Shown piece by piece: positions 29,081 through 38,962 of a DNA stretch of 64,000 nt. The notes under the pieces are model-generated. The model saw only the letters and a list, made by a program, of their open reading frames with translations, did no database searches and was not told the origin of the DNA. Within the stretch, counting starts at the first letter, position 1. Every line of letters starts with the position of its first letter. Origin of the DNA: an uncultured Acidobacteriota bacterium (GTDB lineage: Bacteria > Acidobacteriota > Terriglobia > Acidiferrales > UBA7541); contig CAWAFN010000005.1 of the NCBI GenBank assembly GCA_963781385.1, positions 100,330 to 164,329 on the forward strand, given 5' to 3'. The position numbers and the translations under genes are program-made.

Positions 29081-31672
29081 TCATGGAGGCGAAATTTCCA
29101 GCGTGACTACCGTATCCCCGCCACGCTTGCGCGCTTCTTCCAAAGAAAATTCCGCGCGATTCATCAGGTCGGTCACAATGTCTTCGCTGTCAAAATCCGG
29201 CTTTGCCACTGCTTCGACGATTCCCGCGCTCAAGGTGATTGCGGTTGAATCCCACGGCGGGCGAATTCCCATCGCCGCGCGTCGCAATTTGTCGGCAAGG
29301 TTTTGCGCGCCGGCCAAAGTGGTGTCCGGCAGAATGAACGCCAGCGACCACGAAGTATATTTCACTGCGACGTCGTTCTGCCGCACGATGGGCTGCAACG
29401 AGCGTGCCAACTGTTCCAAAAATCGCTCCATCGGCGATTCGCCCTGCGCGCGCAGCAGTTCGCCACCTCGGTCGATTTGCAGAATCGTCAGCGCCAGAGG
29501 AGTTCCCTGCGTGCGTGCGCGGTCCGCTTCCGTTAACAGACAACTCTGGTACGAACTGCGGCTCAAAAGGCCGCTGCGCTCATCGGAAACGCCCATGCGC
29601 CGCACCAGCGAGCGCAGCCGCGTGTGGCTGACGCTCATCAACATCTGGTCGCCAATCGCTTGCAGAAAATAAGTTTCGTTCGGCTTCCACTTACGCGGTT
29701 CCGACTGCCCGACGATCAGCATTCCCGCGGGTTGCTGCGTTTCGCGGTCGGTAATCTTCACGCCGAGCGCCGTTTTCAGACCCAATTCTCCGAGGACCGA
29801 GCCGGGAACATTCTCCACGGATAGACCGCCGAGTTCGTCACCTTCGGCTTTTTCTACCTGAGCGAGCAAAAAGACCACTTGCGCGCCGGGTGCCGGCTTC
29901 ACGTTTTGCGAACAATATTCCGCAGCGAGATCGGGCGGGCGTCCGGGTGCGCCGATAACGGCAAGCGCGCGGCTAACTCGCATGTATTCGCCAACTTCGC
30001 TTACCGCGGTGTTCAGCATGGCGCGCGGTGTCTGCTGGCGGAAAATTTTTTGGTTGATCTCCGCAATTTTTGAAAGGTCGCGAAGCGTATCCGCTGAGTA
30101 CGCACCGGTCTTGGCCGAATTGGGCGCCACCGCTTCGCTAGGTGGGGGCGCGGGTGTTTGCGCGACGGCTTCCTGCGTTCTTGCCGGAGTATTTGGCGGC
30201 CACCAATTCGCGGTTTCGTAGAGGGTTTTCAAACGCGCGTTATGTTGTTCTTCGCCGGGAAACATCGCGGCAATTTTCTGCAAACGCTCGGTAGCCTTGT
30301 TCTGCAGCGAATATTGCAGGAAGATTTCGGTCTGCACGATCAAATCTTCCAGCGCCTGCATGCGGCGGCCTTCTTCCGTAGTGGCCGGGGCCTGGTCGGC
30401 AACGCTTCGCGGCCCAGCTTGCGGCGCTGTTTCCGACGTCGAAAGCGAAGTCCCGGAACGTGTGAGCCGGCTACCGACTCTCTGGATGTAAGCCGCGTCC
30501 GCTTTGCCACGCAAACGTTCGAGCCGCTCCTGATTGCGATAGTCATAGGCGTCGATATCCACCAAGCGATCGAGTGATTCGCAAGCCTTGCGAACGTCGC
30601 CACGATCCAGATACGCGTCGAAGAGCCGGATCATGATTTCGAAATATTTCGATTCCCGGTTCAGTTCGTTGTACAAACCGGCCCAGAATTCCAGAATTTC
30701 CGATGATTTCAGATTGCGCCCGGCGACATCGTCCAGTTGCGCAACGAATTCGTTGTGCCGTTTGTCCGCGAACATTTTCTTTTTTACGAACGTCAACACT
30801 TCCACGGCTTTTTTCGGTTCGCCGGCATTCGCATAGAGGTCGACGAGCTGCAGCAATTTGCCGAGTCCGGCACTCTTGTCCCGAGTTAATTTCTCCAGCA
30901 GTTCGCGGGACTTATCCAACTGCCCGGAACGCATCAGCGCATCGGAATACGTCTCGAGGAAGACCGGATCGGTTTCCGTCGCAACGAACGGCTCCAGCAA
31001 TTTCGCGGCTTCGGCCGGCTCGCCGTGACGAAGTTTGGCTCCGCCATAAAGGAGAGCGACGCTGCGTTCTTGCGGGGCAAGTGCATGCGCGCGCGCCAGA
31101 AACTTCAGTGAATCGTCGTTAGCTCCGCTGGCTGTGGCCAGCTGGCCTGCGCGCAACAGCGCCCGCGCCGCAAGGGTGTTGCGCTTGTTCCGTTCGGCGA
31201 CTTCCGCCAGCTTTACCTGCCGCGAAAGATTTTCCGGTTCAAGCTGCGCAATCCGCTCCCAGCAAAAGAGCGCGTCTTCTTCTCTGCCGGCCGCGGTAAA
31301 TAGTTCGGCGGCTTTACCGTATTGCTCGCTGGCTTCGTCCGTTCGGTTTTGTTTTTGCTGCAGGAAAGCGTATCGCGCAATTCGTTCCGGAGGCTGGTGG
31401 GTTGCGGAATTCTTCAAAAAGCGGTTGTAGATGGCCAGGGCTTTCGATTCGTCTTTAGGATCGATCAACAAATCGAAAAACATTCCGTAATAAACGGCTG
31501 CGCGATCGGGCTGATCCTGCCGCGCGTACAAATCTCCCAGCGCTTGAGTCGCCTCCGGGTGCGCAGGCGCCTCGTCCAAAATTCCCAGGTACGCGTCAAT
31601 CGCGTCCTCGATGCGATTCTTCTCGAGGAACTTTTTCGCGCGTTCCAGATTCTTGTTTACGTCTGCGGCCAT
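29081..31672 (-). CDS. TPR-repeat + GAF + degenerate GGDEF-domain protein
   Basis: N-terminal helical TPR-like repeats; GAF-like segment (about residues 530-690); C-terminal GGDEF fold with RQND I-site but TSWSL at the active-site motif. Confidence 0.8.
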   Translation of the reverse strand: MAADVNKNLERAKKFLEKNRIEDAIDAYLGILDEAPAHPEATQALGDLYARQDQPDRAAVYYGMFFDLLIDPKDESKALAIYNRFLKNSATHQPPERIARYAFLQQKQNRTDEASEQYGKAAELFTAAGREEDALFCWERIAQLEPENLSRQVKLAEVAERNKRNTLAARALLRAGQLATASGANDDSLKFLARAHALAPQERSVALLYGGAKLRHGEPAEAAKLLEPFVATETDPVFLETYSDALMRSGQLDKSRELLEKLTRDKSAGLGKLLQLVDLYANAGEPKKAVEVLTFVKKKMFADKRHNEFVAQLDDVAGRNLKSSEILEFWAGLYNELNRESKYFEIMIRLFDAYLDRGDVRKACESLDRLVDIDAYDYRNQERLERLRGKADAAYIQRVGSRLTRSGTSLSTSETAPQAGPRSVADQAPATTEEGRRMQALEDLIVQTEIFLQYSLQNKATERLQKIAAMFPGEEQHNARLKTLYETANWWPPNTPARTQEAVAQTPAPPPSEAVAPNSAKTGAYSADTLRDLSKIAEINQKIFRQQTPRAMLNTAVSEVGEYMRVSRALAVIGAPGRPPDLAAEYCSQNVKPAPGAQVVFLLAQVEKAEGDELGGLSVENVPGSVLGELGLKTALGVKITDRETQQPAGMLIVGQSEPRKWKPNETYFLQAIGDQMLMSVSHTRLRSLVRRMGVSDERSGLLSRSSYQSCLLTEADRARTQGTPLALTILQIDRGGELLRAQGESPMERFLEQLARSLQPIVRQNDVAVKYTSWSLAFILPDTTLAGAQNLADKLRRAAMGIRPPWDSTAITLSAGIVEAVAKPDFDSEDIVTDLMNRAEFSLEEARKRGGDTVVTLEISPP

Positions 31673-31739
31673 GCCGGGATTAGCCTCTGCGGAGCCCGAT
31701 GTGCGAAGACCTGCGGATGGATGCGCGCTTCGCTCTTAG

Positions 31740-31768
31740 ACTATATACCCTGGTAAAAGGGCCAGCAA
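31740..31768 (-). promoter_or_regulatory. Putative sigma-70 promoter of the TPR-GGDEF gene
   Basis: TTGCTG-N17-TATAGT on the minus strand, about 70 nt upstream of ATG 31672. Confidence 0.45.
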
Positions 31769-31847
31769 AAAACTCAACGTCCTGTGATGCGGAAACGAGT
31801 ACCGCTCAACAAGGCACGTTCTTGGCCAGCAATCTGCCGCACTGCTC

Positions 31848-32879
31848 TCACTCGCTCCCAAACCGCTGTAACTGTGCAAGCTTCTCGGCGGCTGCTCCGG
31901 ATGCAATCGCTTGCTCGGCCCGCTCGGATCCCTCGCGCAAATCGCTGGCAACTCCTGAGGCCAGCAGCGCTGCGGCCGCGTTAATCACCACGATGTCTCG
32001 CGGCGCCCGGTTGGCTTCCGCTGCTCCCGACAGGATTCGGCGTATCAGAGTGGCATTTTCTTCTGCCGAACCCCCACGAACAGCCGAAAGCGGCGCCTCC
32101 ACTTTGCCGAAAGTTTCCGGCGTCACTTCAAACTTGCGTATTTTGCCGCCGCGAACCTCAACCACGATGGTCGGCCCGACCAGAGAAATCTCATCCAGCT
32201 TGCCTGCCCCGTGCAAGACAAGCGCGTGTTCTGTTCCCAACTCCAGAAGCGCCTCCGCCACCACATCGAGAACTTCTGCAGAGAACACGCCCAACACCTG
32301 CGACTGCGCATGTGCGGGATTCGTCAGTGGTCCAAGTAGATTGAATACGGTTCGGGCCCCAATTTGTTTCCTGGCCGGCATCGCGAAACGCGTGGCGCTG
32401 TGCGCTAGCTGCGCGAATAGAAATCCGATGCCAATTTCACGGATTGCTACGCCGATTTGCGCGAACGGCACATCGATACGCACTCCCAGCGCTTCCAGCA
32501 CGTCTGCGCTTCCGCTCTTCGAACTTGCTGCGCGGTTGCCATGTTTCGCGACGCGCCCGCCGGCGGCAGCTGCGACGATTGCGGCAGCGGTCGAGATATT
32601 AAAAGTCCCGGAATCATCGCCTCCGGTCCCGCACGTATCCACCATTCGTTCCGGTAAAGGATCGCCTTCGTCAAAAACACGGGCGGCACAGCCGCGCATG
32701 GCACGAGCGAAGCCCGCCACCTCCTCCGCTCGATACGGGCGCGAATTCAACGCGGTTAACAGCGCTACGATGTCCGCAGTCTGCATCTCGCCGCGCAACA
32801 ACTCGGCCATCAGCTCTTCGGACTCGGCCCCACCAAGAACATTCCCGGCAATCGCGTAATCGATCAGGCGATGCGTCAT
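31848..32879 (-). CDS. trpD: Anthranilate phosphoribosyltransferase
   Basis: DTCGTGGD, FNISTAAA, KHGNRAASSKSGSAD, RTVFNLLGPLTNP; start placed at MTHRLIDY. Confidence 0.96.
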   Translation of the reverse strand: MTHRLIDYAIAGNVLGGAESEELMAELLRGEMQTADIVALLTALNSRPYRAEEVAGFARAMRGCAARVFDEGDPLPERMVDTCGTGGDDSGTFNISTAAAIVAAAAGGRVAKHGNRAASSKSGSADVLEALGVRIDVPFAQIGVAIREIGIGFLFAQLAHSATRFAMPARKQIGARTVFNLLGPLTNPAHAQSQVLGVFSAEVLDVVAEALLELGTEHALVLHGAGKLDEISLVGPTIVVEVRGGKIRKFEVTPETFGKVEAPLSAVRGGSAEENATLIRRILSGAAEANRAPRDIVVINAAAALLASGVASDLREGSERAEQAIASGAAAEKLAQLQRFGSE

Positions 32880-33064
32880 AGAGCCACCGGCCTGGCCAAC
32901 GAACGACAAGCGTCGCAATCCGTCTCGTTCTTTTCGAGTTGCGAGATTTCCGTCATTTGGTGCGTTGTTGCTCCTCTGTCTCGTTCCGAAGTAAACTTCT
33001 ATGTTTTGTGAATGGCAAATTCTAACACTGGCTGGCGGCTCCACCGCCTCACACGAATGGATCA

Positions 33065-34237
33065 TTGATGAAGATTCACGAGTATCAAGCGAAAGCTATC
33101 CTCGCACGCTACGGAGTTACGACTCCGCGCGGCGAAGTCGCGTTCACCAAAGAAGAGGCGCGCGAAGGGGCGCAGCGCCTAAAATCAAATATCGTCGTCG
33201 TCAAAGCGCAGATTCATGCCGGGGGACGCGGCAAGGCCGGCGGAGTAAAGCTCGCGCATTCGCCGGACGAAGCCGCTGAAATCGCTTCCAAAATGCTGGG
33301 CATGAACCTGGTCACGGTGCAAACCGGACCGTCTGGAAGAATTGTAAAGCGATTGCTGATCGAAGAAGGCCTGGACATCAAGCGCGAACTCTATTTGAGT
33401 TTGCTCGTCGATCGCGCGAGCGCGCGGGTAATTTTCATGGCGAGCGCGGCTGGCGGCATGGAAATTGAAGAAGTCGCAGCGAAGGATCCTTCCGCCATTT
33501 TGCACGAATCGATCCATCCGTCGGTCGGCTTGCAACCGTATCAGGCGCGGAAGCTGGCTTTCGGTCTTGGCCTCTCCGGCGAAGCTGCCAACCGCGCTGC
33601 GCCATTTTTTCAGGCCCTCTATCGCGCGTTTGTCGACACCGACGCTTCCATGCTGGAAATCAATCCTTGCGTCTTGACCGGTGACGGCCGTCTGGTCGCG
33701 CTCGACGCCAAGATGACCTTCGACGACAACGGCCTGTTCCGCCACACCGACCTACGCGGATTGCGCGATCTCGACGAAGAAGATCCGCTCGAAGTGGAAG
33801 CGTCAAAGTACGGTCTCAACTACATCAAGCTCGAAGGCAATGTCGCCTGCATGGTCAATGGCGCAGGCCTGGCCATGGCTACTATGGACATCATCAAATA
33901 TTCCGGCGGCTCGCCCGCGAACTTCCTTGACGTCGGCGGAGGCGCTTCCGCGGAACAGGTAAAGAACGCGTTCCGAATTCTACTCAGCGACGCCAGCGTG
34001 AAAGCGGTCTTTATCAACATCTTCGGCGGGATCTTGCGCTGCGACGTGCTGGCCACTGGCGTCGTGGCCGCCGCCAAAGACCTGCAAGTGAAAATACCGG
34101 TGGTGGTTCGCATGGAAGGCACTAACGTGGAACTCGGCCAGCAGATCCTGCGCGAATCCGGTTTGAATTTCACTATTGCCAACGGAATGAAGGACGGCGC
34201 ACAAAAGGTTGTGAAGCTTTCAGGAGGTGCGCAATGA
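33065..34237 (+). CDS. sucC: Succinyl-CoA synthetase beta subunit
   Basis: [43 protein letters not shown]. Confidence 0.98.
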   Translation: MMKIHEYQAKAILARYGVTTPRGEVAFTKEEAREGAQRLKSNIVVVKAQIHAGGRGKAGGVKLAHSPDEAAEIASKMLGMNLVTVQTGPSGRIVKRLLIEEGLDIKRELYLSLLVDRASARVIFMASAAGGMEIEEVAAKDPSAILHESIHPSVGLQPYQARKLAFGLGLSGEAANRAAPFFQALYRAFVDTDASMLEINPCVLTGDGRLVALDAKMTFDDNGLFRHTDLRGLRDLDEEDPLEVEASKYGLNYIKLEGNVACMVNGAGLAMATMDIIKYSGGSPANFLDVGGGASAEQVKNAFRILLSDASVKAVFINIFGGILRCDVLATGVVAAAKDLQVKIPVVVRMEGTNVELGQQILRESGLNFTIANGMKDGAQKVVKLSGGAQ

Positions 34238-35103
34238 GCGTTCTTGTCAATGAAAAGACAAAATTGATCGTGCAAGGCTTCACCGGCCGCGAAGGTACTT
34301 TTCACGCGCAGCAGATGATTGAATACGGAACGAATGTGGTCGGTGGCGTGACGCCAGGCAAAGGCGGCACCAAGCATCTAGAAAAGCCCGTGTTCAATAC
34401 AGTAGCTGAGGCGGTGAAAGGCACTGGCGCCAACGCGTCCGTGATTTTCGTGCCGCCACCTTACGCCGCGGACGCAATCCTGGAAGCAGCCGACGCGGAA
34501 GTTCCGCTGGTCGTCTGCATCACCGAAGGTATTCCGGTAATTGACATGGTTCGCGTCACTTCAGTTGTCGATCGCAAGAAGACGCGTTTGGTTGGACCGA
34601 ACTGCCCGGGCGTCATTTCACCCGGCAAATGCAAAATCGGAATTATGCCCGGCCGCATTCACAAGCAAGGCAATGTCGGCGTCGTCAGCCGCAGTGGGAC
34701 GCTCACTTACGAAGCCGTTGATCAACTCACTCGCCTGGGAATCGGTCAGTCCACTTGCATCGGCATCGGCGGCGATCCGATCATCGGCACCTCGTTTCTG
34801 GACGCCATCAAATTGTTCAACGATGATCCGGAAACCCACGCCGTAATCCTGATCGGCGAAATCGGCGGCAACGCCGAAGAACTCGCCGCCGAATGGATCA
34901 AGTCCAACATGAAGAAGCCGGTTGTCGGCTTCATTGCGGGGCAAACCGCGCCTCCAGGCCGCCGCATGGGCCATGCCGGAGCCATCATTTCTGGTGGTCA
35001 AGGCACGGCAAAAGACAAATATGCTGCGATGAATGCCGCAGGCATAAAAACCGTCGAGACGCCCGCGGAGTTGGGATCAACACTTGCCGCAGCATTGAAG
35101 TAG
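34234..35103 (+). CDS. sucD: Succinyl-CoA synthetase alpha subunit
   Basis: [36 protein letters not shown] (phospho-His). Confidence 0.98.
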   Translation: MSVLVNEKTKLIVQGFTGREGTFHAQQMIEYGTNVVGGVTPGKGGTKHLEKPVFNTVAEAVKGTGANASVIFVPPPYAADAILEAADAEVPLVVCITEGIPVIDMVRVTSVVDRKKTRLVGPNCPGVISPGKCKIGIMPGRIHKQGNVGVVSRSGTLTYEAVDQLTRLGIGQSTCIGIGGDPIIGTSFLDAIKLFNDDPETHAVILIGEIGGNAEELAAEWIKSNMKKPVVGFIAGQTAPPGRRMGHAGAIISGGQGTAKDKYAAMNAAGIKTVETPAELGSTLAAALK

Positions 35104-35161
35104 TGCGCGATTTCTTTAGTCCGTTACATCTTTACATTGCTAATTCTAAAGGGGTGTTTTT

Positions 35162-35581
35162 GTGGCTCTTGAACGTACATTTGCAATCATCAAGCCGGAC
35201 GCTGTAGCTGCCGGCCAGCAAGGCGAAATTTTGGCCCGCATAAACCAAGCAGGCTTCAAGATTGTCGCCGTTAAATCCATGCGCCTCACCAAAGAAGAAG
35301 CGGGCGGATTTTACGCCGTTCACAAGGCGCGCCCATTCTTCGGCGAGCTGACGGACTTCATGTCGTCCGGCAAGATCATCGCGTTGGTGCTCGAAGCCGA
35401 CGGCGCGATCTCCAAGTGGCGCGACACCATGGGCGCGACGGACCCGAAGAAGGCCGCTGCTGGCACGATTCGCCACGATCTCGGTACCAGCATCGGCACT
35501 AACTGCACGCACGGCTCCGACGCTGCCGACACCGCCGCGTTTGAGATCGGTTATTTCTTCTCCGGCCTCGAACTGATTTAG
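35162..35581 (+). CDS. ndk: Nucleoside diphosphate kinase
   Basis: [33 protein letters not shown]. Confidence 0.97.
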   Translation: MALERTFAIIKPDAVAAGQQGEILARINQAGFKIVAVKSMRLTKEEAGGFYAVHKARPFFGELTDFMSSGKIIALVLEADGAISKWRDTMGATDPKKAAAGTIRHDLGTSIGTNCTHGSDAADTAAFEIGYFFSGLELI

Positions 35582-35738
35582 GCCCACTCATCTAATTCGT
35601 CGCAGCGGCTCTGTTTTTAGGGCCGCTTTCCATTTCTCGAAGCGAATAATCTCCCGCTAACAATTTCCCTCTTGCTCACGTCCGATTCAGGTGTAGGCTT
35701 TCCTTAGCCCTCATCTTTACCTTCTTTTGGAGGTCTCC

Positions 35739-36608
35739 ATGCTTCGTCGCGACTTCCTTCATCGCACTTCCCGGGCCGCAGCCGGGGCTCTGCTGGCATC
35801 GCATGCCATTTCGAAGCGCCTCGCCGCTATCCCTTCGTTGCCTGTCAAGGTCTCCGCTACCGACACTGTCACGCTCGGCCGCACCGGCATCAAAACTTCT
35901 CGCCTCGCAATGGGGACCGGAACCGTCGGCGCCGGTAAGCACTCGCACCAGACCGCGCTCGGAATGGAGGGCCTGACTCGGCTGCTGATGAATGGCTACG
36001 ACAACGGTCTCCGCTTCTTCGACGCCGCCGATTCCTACGGCAGCCATCCCTATGTCGCGGAAGTCCTGAAGCACATGGACCGCAGCAAAGTTACGGTCCT
36101 CACTAAATCCTGGTCGCGCACCGCTTCTGAAATGCGCGCCGATCTCGATCGCTTCCGCAAGGAACTGGGCACCGAACATCTCGACATCGTCCTAATGCAC
36201 TGCCTTACAGAAGACGATTGGACCAAGCGCTACGAGCCGGTGATGGACGTGCTCTCCGAAGCCAAACAAAAAGGAATCATCCGCGCGCACGGTTGCTCTT
36301 GTCACTCGATCGAAGCCCTTCGCGCCGCCGCAAAATCTCCCTGGGTGGAAGTCGATCTTGCTCGCGTCAATCCCATCGGCGCTCACATGGACGCCGATCC
36401 GGACACCGTCATCAGCGTCCTGCGCGAAATGAAAGCGTCCGGCAAAGCCGTGCTGGGCATGAAAATTCTCGGACAGGGCGCGCTTCGCGATCGCCAGGAT
36501 GAAGCCATCCGCTTCGCTCTCGGGCTGAACGTCCTCGACGCTTTCACCATCGGAGCGGAATCCATCGCCGAACAAAACGATCTTCGCAACCGTATCGCCG
36601 CCGCGTGA
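35739..36608 (+). CDS. Aldo/keto reductase with twin-arginine signal peptide
   Basis: RRDFL Tat motif; LGRTGIKTSRLAMG, FFDAADSYG, TK, LDIVLMH. Confidence 0.88.
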   Translation: MLRRDFLHRTSRAAAGALLASHAISKRLAAIPSLPVKVSATDTVTLGRTGIKTSRLAMGTGTVGAGKHSHQTALGMEGLTRLLMNGYDNGLRFFDAADSYGSHPYVAEVLKHMDRSKVTVLTKSWSRTASEMRADLDRFRKELGTEHLDIVLMHCLTEDDWTKRYEPVMDVLSEAKQKGIIRAHGCSCHSIEALRAAAKSPWVEVDLARVNPIGAHMDADPDTVISVLREMKASGKAVLGMKILGQGALRDRQDEAIRFALGLNVLDAFTIGAESIAEQNDLRNRIAAA

Positions 36609-36657
36609 TTTTGCGTTGAACTGGGCCCGTTATCTCTTACTCTGCGTGGTCGCGCCA

Positions 36658-36891
36658 ATGGATCTGAATCAACAACTCGGCCGCACACTTCTGTTTATCG
36701 GAGCCATCATTCTTTTCATTGGCGCGCTCTTTTATTTCGGAGCAAAACTCCCATTCCGGCTCGGCCGCCTACCGGGCGACATCGTCCATCACGGCGAACA
36801 CAGCACCTTCTATTTTCCGCTCGTCTCCTGCATCGTGATCAGCGTCGCCATCAGCCTGATTCTCTGGCTCATCAATCAATTTCGCCGTTAG
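36658..36891 (+). CDS. DUF2905-like small membrane protein
   Basis: LGRLPGDI..FYFPLVSCIVISVAISL pattern. Confidence 0.85.
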   Translation: MDLNQQLGRTLLFIGAIILFIGALFYFGAKLPFRLGRLPGDIVHHGEHSTFYFPLVSCIVISVAISLILWLINQFRR

Positions 36892-37055
36892 CCGGCAATT
36901 CCTTGCCTGCGGCTGACGCCACCTCCAATTTGTGTCAAACTATCTGTTCCAAGACAGCGATTCTGCGCAGTCCGTCTGTGCTTCCGTCGAGGAATTTCTG
37001 AAAATATCCCGGGCAGGCGGCTTCCCTTTCCGCCCTAGCCCGCATAAACAGGTAC

Positions 37056-38867
37056 ATGGACCCTAAGTTCGAGCGAAATTTCTGCATCATTGCGCACATT
37101 GACCACGGCAAATCCACGCTTGCCGATCGCCTGATTGAAATGACCGGCGGCCTCTCGGAGCGCGAAATGTCCGCGCAGGTGCTCGACTCCATGGATCTTG
37201 AGCGCGAGCGCGGAATCACCATCAAAGCAAAAAGCATTCGCCTGCATTACAACGCCAAAGACGGCAATCGCTACCGCCTGAATTTGATCGACACGCCTGG
37301 CCACGTCGATTTTTCCTACGAAGTTTCCCGCGCGCTATCGGCTTGCGAAGGTGCGTTGCTGGTGGTCGATGCGTCCCAAGGTGTTGAAGCACAGACTGTC
37401 GCCAACACTTTTCTGGCCGCCGGGCACAATCTCACGATTATCCCGGTCATCAACAAAATTGACTTGCCGGCCGCACAGCCGGACTTTGTCAAAGAGCAAA
37501 TCGAAAATGTTCTGGCGATCGATGCGCACGATGCCCTGCCCATCAGCGCAAAAAGCGGTCTCGGCGTCGAAGACGTTCTCGAGGCCATCATCCGCCGCGT
37601 TCCTGCCCCGCAGGGCAGCGCCACCAATCCGCTGCAAGCGCTGATTTTCGATTCGTGGTTCGATCCCTATCGCGGCGCGGTAGTTCTGGTGCGCGTGATG
37701 GAAGGCCGCATCGCCAATCACATGAAGATTCGTTTGTGCGCCAATAACGATGTTTACGAAGTGGAACAACTCGGCGCGCTTACTCCAAAGCCCATCGCTC
37801 TCGATGAGCTCGAAGCCGGCGACGTCGGCTTCATCGTCGCCAATATCAAACGCGTCGCCGACGCCCGTATGGGCGACACCGTCATCGAAGCCGGCAGTTC
37901 CGCCACCGCTCTTTCCGGTTTCGAAGCGACCAAGCCCATGGTGTTCGCTGGGCTTTTCCCGGTACTGGCTGACGATTACGAACCGCTGCGCGATGCGCTT
38001 GGTAAACTTCAGCTCAACGACGCCGCGTTTTTCTACGAGCCGGAAAATTCCGTCGCGCTCGGTTTTGGTTTTCGCTGCGGATTTCTCGGCCTCCTGCACA
38101 TGGAAATTGTGCAGGAGCGTCTCGAACGCGAATTCGGCCTGAACCTGATCACCACCGCGCCCAGCGTGCGTTATCGCATCACGCGCGTCGGCGGCCAGGC
38201 GATTGAAGTCGATAGCCCGGCGAAGTTTCCCAATCCCAGTGATATCGAAATGATCGAAGAACCGATCATCAAGGCCATGATCATCACCAGCGATGATTCC
38301 GTTGGCGGAATTCTGCAACTCTGTCAGGACAAACGCGGTATCCAGAAAAATTTCGAATATCTTTCCCCGACTCGCGTCATGCTCACCTACGAGCTGCCGC
38401 TCAACGAAATCGTTCTCGATTTTTACGATCGACTCAAATCCGTTTCCCGCGGCTACGCCTCGCTCGATTACCAGCTCGAAGGCTACAAGGAATCCGATCT
38501 CGTAAAGCTGGACGTGCTCGTCGGTGGGGAGCCGGTGGACGCGCTCGCCATGATCACCCACCGCGACACTTCTTATGAGCGCGGGCGCGAACTCGTCTCT
38601 CGCCTTCGCAAGCTCATTCCTCGCCAGATGTTTGAAGTTCCGATTCAGGCCGCCATCGGCAGTCGCGTAATCGCGCGCGAAACGGTGGCCGCCATGCGCA
38701 AGAACGTTCTCGCAAAATGCTATGGCGGTGACATCTCCCGTAAACGCAAACTTTTGGAAAAACAAAAAGAAGGCAAGCGCCGCATGAAGCGCGTCGGCCA
38801 AGTCGACATTCCCCAAGAAGCCTTCCTCGCCGTCCTCAAAGTCAACTCCAGCGAAGAAGAAGACTGA
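37056..38867 (+). CDS. lepA: Translation elongation factor 4
   Basis: [55 protein letters not shown]. Confidence 0.99.
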   Translation: MDPKFERNFCIIAHIDHGKSTLADRLIEMTGGLSEREMSAQVLDSMDLERERGITIKAKSIRLHYNAKDGNRYRLNLIDTPGHVDFSYEVSRALSACEGALLVVDASQGVEAQTVANTFLAAGHNLTIIPVINKIDLPAAQPDFVKEQIENVLAIDAHDALPISAKSGLGVEDVLEAIIRRVPAPQGSATNPLQALIFDSWFDPYRGAVVLVRVMEGRIANHMKIRLCANNDVYEVEQLGALTPKPIALDELEAGDVGFIVANIKRVADARMGDTVIEAGSSATALSGFEATKPMVFAGLFPVLADDYEPLRDALGKLQLNDAAFFYEPENSVALGFGFRCGFLGLLHMEIVQERLEREFGLNLITTAPSVRYRITRVGGQAIEVDSPAKFPNPSDIEMIEEPIIKAMIITSDDSVGGILQLCQDKRGIQKNFEYLSPTRVMLTYELPLNEIVLDFYDRLKSVSRGYASLDYQLEGYKESDLVKLDVLVGGEPVDALAMITHRDTSYERGRELVSRLRKLIPRQMFEVPIQAAIGSRVIARETVAAMRKNVLAKCYGGDISRKRKLLEKQKEGKRRMKRVGQVDIPQEAFLAVLKVNSSEEED

Positions 38868-38881
38868 CCAAGCGGGGTTTT

Positions 38882-38903
38882 GTAGCGCTCCCTTTCGGAG
38901 GCG
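38882..38903 (+). repeat. GTAG-footed REP-like palindrome between convergent lepA and xseA
   Basis: GTAG-CGCTCC-ctttc-GGAGGCG. Confidence 0.45.
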
Positions 38904-38962
38904 GGCATTGTTTTCGTGCGGCCATTCTCCCAAGAACTCCCAAAAAGTGATCAGCAAGTCCG

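Noticed and set aside
31848-33065. Long N-terminal extension of trpD in the ORF track, and similar extensions of hflX, the TonB-like gene, coaD and the 48697-50001 ORF
   Set aside because: The extensions lack family motifs and run over promoters or neighbouring genes; downstream ATGs fit better.
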